Shown here: one piece after another, positions 1 through 5,892 of the stretch
Layout: each line of letters opens with the position of its first letter
Position numbering within the stretch: the first letter of the stretch is position 1
Assembly: GCA_019347675.1 (NCBI GenBank)
Contig: JAHWKW010000001.1
Coordinates: 168,958 to 232,957, forward strand
Direction of reading: 5' to 3'
From: Actinomycetota bacterium
GTDB lineage: Bacteria; Actinomycetota; Nitriliruptoria; Nitriliruptorales; JAHWKO01
DNA: 64,000 bases
The notes under the pieces: generated by a model
What the model saw: only the letters and a program-made list of their open reading frames with translations
Told to the model about the DNA's origin: nothing
The model's database searches: none
Translations under genes and position numbers: made by a program

Positions 1-513
1 GGCGTAGGGCTGGGTGAACCGGAACTCCACGGTGTGGTCGTCGGGCGTCTCGATGGTGTCCAGCACCCCCGACAGCGACGCTCTCGTCCGGGCGTGGAAG
101 TTCAGCAGAACCTCCTCGAACGAGAACTTGACGTCCGCAGAGGTGAACGGTTCGCCGTCGTGCCAGGTGACGTCGTCGCGGAGGTGGAAGCGGTACAGCG
201 CCCCGTTGTCCTCGACGTCCCAGTCGGTCGCCAGCTCCGGGCGCGGTTCGCCCTCCTCGTCCAGGGCCAGGAGGCCGTTGTAGAGCAGCTCGGAGGCGGT
301 GTGGGTCGCCCCGCTGGTCGTGATCGCCGGGTTGAGGTGGCCGGGGTCGGACGAGATCCCCACCACCAGCGTCCCGCCCCGGACCGGTTCGGCGGTCGCG
401 GTCGTCCCCGGGCCGGTGGGTCCCGCGCCCGGGGGCGGGCGCCGCTGTTGACCCTGGTCACAGGCCACGAGGCCCAACGCGGCGCAGACAGCGATCGTGA
501 CGAGCTTGCGCAC
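1..513 (-). CDS. ABC transporter substrate-binding lipoprotein, family 5 (peptide/nickel type). Only the N-terminal part is present; the gene runs off the window start.
   Basis: Absent from the ORF track because it is open at the window edge. Reverse translation from GTG 511-513 gives VRKLVTIAVCAALGLVACDQ (lipobox LVAC), then GGTLVVGISSDPGHLNPAITTSG...LLYNGLLALDEEGEPRPELATDWDV...YRFHLRDDVTWHDGEPFTSADVKFSFEE. This is the typical SBP family 5 N-terminus. Confidence 0.7.
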   Translation of the reverse strand, partial: MRKLVTIAVCAALGLVACDQGQQRRPPPGAGPTGPGTTATAEPVRGGTLVVGISSDPGHLNPAITTSGATHTASELLYNGLLALDEEGEPRPELATDWDVEDNGALYRFHLRDDVTWHDGEPFTSADVKFSFEEVLLNFHARTRASLSGVLDTIETPDDHTVEFRFTQPYA

Positions 514-650
514 CGGCGCCCTCCCGGCTGGATCGGGGCGGGACGTTAGAACCAGCGCGACCAGCCGGTAAGTGCGCAACGCATATAGTGCGGCGACGCG
601 GGCCGCGACGCGCGCACCCCCCGACCACGTCGCCGGTGTCGGGACGTGAC

Positions 651-681
651 GAGGGCCGCTACCCGTGCGGCAGCGGCCCTC
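651..681 (-). terminator. Hairpin (10-bp perfect stem, 11-nt loop) 22 nt downstream of the Cys-rich gene stop; no U-tract
   Basis: gagggccgct (651-660) and agcggccctc (672-681) are exact reverse complements. The hairpin sits directly after the last gene of the merR operon. Confidence 0.4.
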
Positions 682-702
682 CAAGGATCTCCAGCCGTTC
701 GA

Positions 703-894
703 TCAGCTGGCACCGAGCTCGTCGAGCCGGGTCTCGATCGCCTCGCGCAGCCGGTGCAGCTCGGCGACCTCCTCGTCCTTCGACTCCGGTGGGGAACAGC
801 ACGCGCAGCCGCACGCGCAGCCCTCAGCCGCGTCGGTCACGTTGGTGGTGACCCCGCACCCGCAGGTGCAGGTCGCTTCGGTCTGGGTCGTCAT
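703..894 (-). CDS. Small (63 aa) cysteine-cluster protein, putative metal-binding (metallothionein-like), with a C-terminal charged helix
   Basis: MTTQTEATCTCGCGVTTNVTDAAEGCACGCACCSPPESKDEEVAELHRLREAIETRLDELGAS has 8 Cys in the first 33 residues. Its ATG (892-894) overlaps the merR TGA (891-893) as ATGA. It is the internal Met of track ORF 703..945. Confidence 0.6.
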   Translation of the reverse strand: MTTQTEATCTCGCGVTTNVTDAAEGCACGCACCSPPESKDEEVAELHRLREAIETRLDELGAS

Positions 895-1307
895 GGATTC
901 ACCTCCCTCGGAAGTTTCTGGATCTGGAGCAGGGACGATCCGCACGGCCAGCAGCCGTCACCGGCCACGGCCCCCTCGTCGAGCATGGTGTGGATCTCGT
1001 CGCGGAGGCGGCTCAGCGACTCCAGCTGCTCCTCGATCTCGGCCAACCGGTCGGTGAGCAGCTCGCGGGCATGACCGCACGGGCACAGCCCCCGGTCACG
1101 GGCCCGCACCAGCGCCGCGATCTCCTCGAGGTGCAGTCCGAAGCTCTGAGCGCGCTTGACGAAGCGCAGCCGCTCGACGTCGTGCTCGCCGAACAGCCGG
1201 TAGCCGCTGTCGCTGCGGCGTGACTCCGGCAGCAACCCGATGCGTTCGTAGTAGCGCACCGTGTCGGCCGTCGTTCCAGCGCGGGCCGCGAAGTCCGAGA
1301 TCGTCAT
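891..1307 (-). CDS. MerR-family transcriptional regulator, heavy-metal-sensing type (138 aa)
   Basis: N-terminal HTH MTISDFAARAGTTADTVRYYERIGLLPE...YRLF, a coiled-coil dimerisation helix, and Cys motifs GLCPCGH and GCWPCG. It starts at an internal ATG of track ORF 891..2099. Confidence 0.9.
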   Translation of the reverse strand: MTISDFAARAGTTADTVRYYERIGLLPESRRSDSGYRLFGEHDVERLRFVKRAQSFGLHLEEIAALVRARDRGLCPCGHARELLTDRLAEIEEQLESLSRLRDEIHTMLDEGAVAGDGCWPCGSSLLQIQKLPREVNP

Positions 1308-1326
1308 GTGGTCGGTCACGGGAACG

Positions 1327-1357
1327 AGTGTAAACCTTGAAGTTGACTCCAATGCTA
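1327..1357 (-). promoter_or_regulatory. Candidate MerR-type promoter/operator: -10 TACACT, 19-nt spacer containing an imperfect dyad TTGGAGT-ca-ACTTCAA, and a weak -35
   Basis: On the minus strand: TAGCAT-N19-TACACT, 22 nt upstream of the merR ATG. The dyad lies inside the over-long 19-nt spacer, as in MerR-family promoters. The -35 match is poor. Confidence 0.3.
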
Positions 1358-1615
1358 GCGCGCGCGACTTCCCCTTCGTCGATCGACGTCGATGTGGGAA
1401 GCCGGGATGTGAGAAGCCGGGATGTGAGAAGCCGGGATGTGAGAAGCCGGCCGGTCCTCCGCCGCGCGACGCCGCCGGACGGGATGGCTCCCGCTCGGCG
1501 AGGGCTCGCGCCGCGGCTTGGAGGACCGGCCGGCGGTCGTCGGGCGATCGGATGCCGACCAGCCGCGCTGATCCCCGATGGTCAGCGCGATGGCCGCCCC
1601 GAGCGCACCCGTCAA
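1355..1615 (-). CDS. Possible small ORF (86 codons, TTG start) ending in (ASHIP)x4 pentapeptide repeats
   Basis: Track ORF 1355..1615. The first 56 codons have about 89 percent GC3 (6 of 56 end in A/T), like real genes here. The competing plus-strand frame is about 65 percent. I recognise no homology. A GGAG lies about 11 nt before the TTG. Confidence 0.3.
   Translation of the reverse strand: MTGALGAAIALTIGDQRGWSASDRPTTAGRSSKPRREPSPSGSHPVRRRRAAEDRPASHIPASHIPASHIPASHIDVDRRRGSRAR
1391..1450. repeat. Tandem repeat, 15 bp x 4 (gatgtgRgaagccgg), one mismatch
   Basis: Direct reading: gatgtgggaagccgg, then gatgtgagaagccgg three times. Confidence 0.95.
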
Positions 1616-1857
1616 CGCCCGACTGACTCCATACCATGCACGTTCTGCCCGACACGTGCAATAGGTGTGTTGTGCACCTATGTGCGGATCGACTGCACCC
1701 GCCGGCGCGTCGATGTTGCGTCGCGGTGACGACGACCCGCGCCCGTGCGACCCGGGTGCAACATCCGCTAGCTGCGTTCGACAGATACCCGGGCGGCACT
1801 ATCATCAGAGTCGGGCCGTGCGGGAGCGCACGGCCGTCGCAGCCGAGGGGGACGTGC

Positions 1858-2229
1858 ATGTGCCTCGGGATCCCCGGGCAGATCGTCGAGATCGCCGACG
1901 CCGAGCAGCAGCGCGCCATCGTGGACGTCGACGGGGTACGGCGGGAGATCTCCGTCGCACTGCTCGGCGTCGGCGGTGACAACGGCGAAGACGCGATCGT
2001 GATCGGTGACATCACCGGGGAGGACGCCGTCTTCGTCGGCGACTGGGTCCTGATCCACGTCGGCTTCGCCATGTCCAGGATCGACGAGGCGGAGGCCAAC
2101 GAGACGTTGCGGGCGCTGAAGGCGCTCGGTGACGCCTACGAGCAGGAGATCTCTGACTTCAGCGCTGACGGCGAGATCGATCCCTTCGCTGTGGATCTCC
2201 CCGGACCGTTGGAGACCGATCCGGTATGA
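1858..2229 (+). CDS. hypC: Hydrogenase maturation chaperone HypC/HupF family (123 aa, extended acidic C-terminus)
   Basis: Starts with the hallmark MCLGIPGQIVEI, followed by GDWVLIHVGFAMSRIDEAEA. It is an internal ATG of track ORF 1636..2229. Confidence 0.9.
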   Translation: MCLGIPGQIVEIADAEQQRAIVDVDGVRREISVALLGVGGDNGEDAIVIGDITGEDAVFVGDWVLIHVGFAMSRIDEAEANETLRALKALGDAYEQEISDFSADGEIDPFAVDLPGPLETDPV

Positions 2230-2957
2230 CCGTCCAGCAGCCGGTCCGCAGCGAGTTCGGTGAGCTCGCGGCCGACCTCGCTGCCGCCTCGCTCGCCATG
2301 GCGCGTGCCTTCGCGGCGGGCGCGACGATGTGGTGCTGCTCACCGACCTGGCCGCACCACGCCCGGCACGTCGCGGTGGAGTTCGTTCACCCCGTCATCG
2401 TGGGCAAGCGCGCGCTACCGGCCCTGATGGTCCCCGCCCACGACGACCTGGTCGGTGCGCTGCGGGTCTCGACGCGCCCGGGCGACCTCGTCCTGGCCGT
2501 CAGCAGCGCACACGACCCGGCGGTCCGCGAAGCGATGCGGCGCGCGGACGCGTGGGGCGCCACCACGGTGTGGATCGGGACCGGGAAACGACCTCCCAGC
2601 GGGTCCGCTGACCACGTCCTGTGGTTGCACGCCGACGACGTCCTCGCACCCTACGACGGCCGGTTCATCCTGCTGTACCACCTGCTGTGGGAACTCACCC
2701 ACGTCTGCTTCGAGCACCCCGGCCTGCTCACGACCGACGACGAGGTCTGCACCGATGACGTCTGCATCACCTGCTCCGACGAGGGACGTCTGGCCGAGAT
2801 CGTGAGCGTCCGCGCCGGTGGGGAAGCGCTCGCCCGCACCGCGCAGGGCTGGGAGAAGATCGACACGACGCTCGTCGGTGACGTCGACGAGCACGATCTG
2901 GTCCTGGTGCACGCCGGTTCGGCGCTGTCACGGATCGATCTCGAGGACAGCCGGTGA
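2226..2957 (+). CDS. Fusion protein: degenerate SIS (GmhA-like) domain plus a C-terminal HupF/HypC-like domain
   Basis: The N-terminal half aligns by eye with GmhA, but GNGGS is replaced by WCCSPTW (ATMWCCSPTWPHHARHVAVEFVHPVIVGKRALPAL...DLVLAVSSAHD). The C-terminus is CITCSDEGRLAEIVSV...HDLVLVHAGSALSRIDLE. There is an ATGA overlap with the hypC stop. Confidence 0.75.
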   Translation: MTVQQPVRSEFGELAADLAAASLAMARAFAAGATMWCCSPTWPHHARHVAVEFVHPVIVGKRALPALMVPAHDDLVGALRVSTRPGDLVLAVSSAHDPAVREAMRRADAWGATTVWIGTGKRPPSGSADHVLWLHADDVLAPYDGRFILLYHLLWELTHVCFEHPGLLTTDDEVCTDDVCITCSDEGRLAEIVSVRAGGEALARTAQGWEKIDTTLVGDVDEHDLVLVHAGSALSRIDLEDSR

Positions 2958-3613
2958 GCCAACAAGGTGCGGATTTCCTCTACCCGATGATCGACGGCGA
3001 CGAGCGCGACGCCGGATCGCTCCTCGACGACCTCGCACGCTCGGCGGAGGCCAAGGCCGCCCAGAGCGCTGCCCTGTCGGCCGCCACGCTCCAGGCCTGC
3101 GACGCCCAGCTCGACCAGATCGCCGACGCGATGGCCGAGCGGTTCGCCGGTGGAGGGCGCCTGTTCACGTTCGGGAACGGCGGGAGCGCCACGGACGCGG
3201 CAGGGGTCGCTGCGCTGTTCACCCACCCGCCCGGCGGACGGTCACTGGCGGGGCGGTCGCTGGCCAGCGACGAGTCGGTGCTCACCGCTCTGGCCAACGA
3301 CATCGGTTTCGACTGGGTGTTCTCGCGTCAGCTGATCGCCCACGCCCGCCCCGGCGACATCGCGATGGGGTTCTCCACCAGCGGGAACTCCGACAACGTG
3401 ATCAAGGCGTTCGAGGAGGCCCGTCGGCGCGACGTGCTCACGGTTGGCTTCGCCGGCTACGACGGCGGGGCGATGGGCGCCTGTGCTGACCTGCAGCACT
3501 GCGTGATCGTCCGCTCCGACAGCGTCCACCGTATCCAGGAGGCGCAGTCAGCCACCGCGTACCAGCTGTGGAACCGCGTCCAGACCAGGCTCGATGGGGA
3601 GGCTGCCGCGTGA
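2954..3613 (+). CDS. SIS-domain protein, phosphoheptose-isomerase (GmhA)-like
   Basis: Motifs FTFGNGGSATDAAG, LTALANDIGFDWVFSRQ, GDIAMGFSTSGNSDNVIKAFEEA and VGFAGYDGG. There is a GTGA overlap with the preceding gene. Confidence 0.8.
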   Translation: MSQQGADFLYPMIDGDERDAGSLLDDLARSAEAKAAQSAALSAATLQACDAQLDQIADAMAERFAGGGRLFTFGNGGSATDAAGVAALFTHPPGGRSLAGRSLASDESVLTALANDIGFDWVFSRQLIAHARPGDIAMGFSTSGNSDNVIKAFEEARRRDVLTVGFAGYDGGAMGACADLQHCVIVRSDSVHRIQEAQSATAYQLWNRVQTRLDGEAAA

Positions 3614-4752
3614 AGTTCGTCGACGAGTTCCGAGACCCGGCCGCGGCCCGCACCCTGGTGCGGGAGATCCGCGACCTGGCGGCCCCCGACCGCCACTACA
3701 AGTTCATGGAGGTCTGTGGCGGGCACACCCACACGATCTACCGCCACGGCATCGAGCAACTGCTCCCCGACAACGTCGAGCTGGTCCACGGCCCCGGCTG
3801 TCCCGTCTGTGTGATCCCGATGGGTCGCATCGACGACGCCATCCACGTCGCCCGGACCCCCGGGGTGATCTTCACCTCGTTCGGGGACATGATGCGGGTG
3901 CCCGGCGGGAGCGGGAGCCTGCTGGAGGCCAAGGCGCAGGGCGCCGACGTCCGTATGGTCTACTCGCCGCTGGACGCGTTGAAGGTCGCGTCGGACAACC
4001 CCGACCGGGACGTGGTCTTCTTCGCGGTGGGGTTCGAGACCACCGCGCCGTCCACGGCGGTGACCCTGCTCAAGGCCAAGGCGGCCGGGATCCGCAACTT
4101 CAGCGTGTTCTGCAACCACGTCACGATCGTCCCCCCGATCCGCGCCATCCTCGAGTCGCCGGACCTGCGCCTCGACGGGTTCATCGGTCCCGGGCACGTC
4201 TCCACCGTCATCGGCAACCGGCCGTACCGCTTCGTTACGCGCGACTACGGCAAGCCGCTGGTCACCGCCGGGTTCGAACCGCTGGATGTGCTGCAGTCGG
4301 TCTACATGCTGCTGGTGCAGCTGGCCGAGGGCCGCTGCGAGATCGAGAACCAGTACACCCGCGTGGTGCACGACGAGGGCAACCCCCGTGCCCTGCAGAT
4401 CCTGGCGCAGGTGTTCGAGCTGCGGCCGCACTTCGAGTGGCGCGGCATGGGGTTCATCTCCCAGAGCGCGCTGAAGCTCAACGACGCGTTCGCCGACTGG
4501 GACTCCGAGCTGCGCTTCGACGTCCCCGGCGTCCGCGTAGCCGATCCCAAGTCGTGCCAGTGCGGGGAGGTCCTCAAGGGCGTCATCAAGCCGTGGGAGT
4601 GCAAGGTCTTCGGGACGTCGTGCACCCCCGAGACGCCGATCGGGACCTGCATGGTGTCGTCGGAGGGCGCCTGCGCGGCCTACTACAACTTCGGCCGGCT
4701 GCACGACGTGGTCGCCACGAGCGACGACGTCACCAGCCTGCCGGTGGCCTAG
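3610..4752 (+). CDS. hypD: Hydrogenase maturation protein HypD
   Basis: VKFVDEFRDP...FMEVCGGHTH...HGPGCPVCV...GFETTAP...CQCGEVLKG...CTPETPIGTCMVSSEGACAAYY. GTG 3610 overlaps the upstream TGA. Confidence 0.95.
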   Translation: MKFVDEFRDPAAARTLVREIRDLAAPDRHYKFMEVCGGHTHTIYRHGIEQLLPDNVELVHGPGCPVCVIPMGRIDDAIHVARTPGVIFTSFGDMMRVPGGSGSLLEAKAQGADVRMVYSPLDALKVASDNPDRDVVFFAVGFETTAPSTAVTLLKAKAAGIRNFSVFCNHVTIVPPIRAILESPDLRLDGFIGPGHVSTVIGNRPYRFVTRDYGKPLVTAGFEPLDVLQSVYMLLVQLAEGRCEIENQYTRVVHDEGNPRALQILAQVFELRPHFEWRGMGFISQSALKLNDAFADWDSELRFDVPGVRVADPKSCQCGEVLKGVIKPWECKVFGTSCTPETPIGTCMVSSEGACAAYYNFGRLHDVVATSDDVTSLPVA

Positions 4753-4791
4753 AACAGCCGCGCGACGGCAAGCACCGACGAGGACTGGCCC

Positions 4792-5886
4792 ATGAGCCGC
4801 ACCGAGGCGTACGACCCCCGCGAGGAGGAGGTCCTCGCCCGCATCGAGCGTTTCCGCCGCAAGCGTCCCCGGCTGAAGGAGGACGCGGTCAATCTCGCTC
4901 ACGGGGCGGGGGGCAAGGCTTCCGCGGCGCTGGTCGACGCGGTGTTCGTCGAGGCGTTCAGCAACGAGCTGCTGGAGCCGCTTGGGGACGGCGCCGTCCT
5001 CGAGCTGCCGTCGGGTGACCGGCTCGCGATGAGCACCGACTCGTTCGTGGTCAACCCGTGGCGGTTCCCCGGCGCCACGATCGGGTCCCTGGCGGTGCAC
5101 GGCACGGTCAACGACCTGGCCTGCATGGGTGCGCAACCGACGTGGATGTCGGTCGCGTTCGTCTTGGAGGAGGGCCTGGCGGTCGACGACCTCCGCGACA
5201 TCGTCGAGGACATGGCCGAGGCCGCGGCCCGCGCCGGGGTCACGATCGTGACCGGTGACACCAAGGTCGTGAACAAGGGCGCCGCGGACGGGCTGTACGT
5301 GAACACCACCGGGGTGGGTGTCATCCCCAAGGGGCGTCGCCTGGCCGCCGACCTGGTCCGGCCGGGGGACAAGGTGTTCGTCACGGGGAACATCGGCGAC
5401 CATGGCATGGCGGTGATGGTCGCCCGCGGCGACCTCAACCTCGACGCCGACATCCGCTCGGACACCGCAGCGCTGAACGGTCTCACCGAGACGCTGCTGG
5501 ACGCCGCACCCCACACGCGGTGGCTGCGTGACCCCACCCGCGGCGGGGTGGGCACCGTCGTGAACGAGCTGGTCAAGGCGACCGATCTGTCGGTGGTCCT
5601 GGCCGAACATGCGCTCCCCATCGACCGGACCGTGCTGGGAGCATGCGACATCCTGGGGATCGACCCGCTGTACGTGGCCAACGAAGGCAAGCTGGTCGCG
5701 ATCGTCCCCCCCGACGAGGCTCGCGCCGCGCTCGACGCGCTCCGAGCCCACGAGCTGGGCAAGGACGCCGCGGTGATCGGTGAGGTCCGCGCCGAACCCG
5801 CCGGCACGGTGCTGTTGCAGACCTCGTTCGGCGGCAGCCGCATCGTCGACATGCTCGTCGGGGATCCGCTGCCGCGGATCTGCTGA
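4792..5886 (+). CDS. hypE: Hydrogenase maturation protein HypE (carbamoyl dehydratase)
   Basis: AIR-synthase-like fold motifs (LAHGAGGK, TDSFVV, VTGDTKV) and the C-terminal PLPRIC motif. Confidence 0.95.
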   Translation: MSRTEAYDPREEEVLARIERFRRKRPRLKEDAVNLAHGAGGKASAALVDAVFVEAFSNELLEPLGDGAVLELPSGDRLAMSTDSFVVNPWRFPGATIGSLAVHGTVNDLACMGAQPTWMSVAFVLEEGLAVDDLRDIVEDMAEAAARAGVTIVTGDTKVVNKGAADGLYVNTTGVGVIPKGRRLAADLVRPGDKVFVTGNIGDHGMAVMVARGDLNLDADIRSDTAALNGLTETLLDAAPHTRWLRDPTRGGVGTVVNELVKATDLSVVLAEHALPIDRTVLGACDILGIDPLYVANEGKLVAIVPPDEARAALDALRAHELGKDAAVIGEVRAEPAGTVLLQTSFGGSRIVDMLVGDPLPRIC

Positions 5887-5892
5887 CTCCCG

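Noticed and set aside
1-513. Calling the family-5 binding protein a nickel transporter (NikA) linked to the hyp operon
   Set aside because: Only the generic family-5 N-terminus is visible. It is transcribed away from the hyp genes and separated from them by the merR module. There is no basis for a substrate call.
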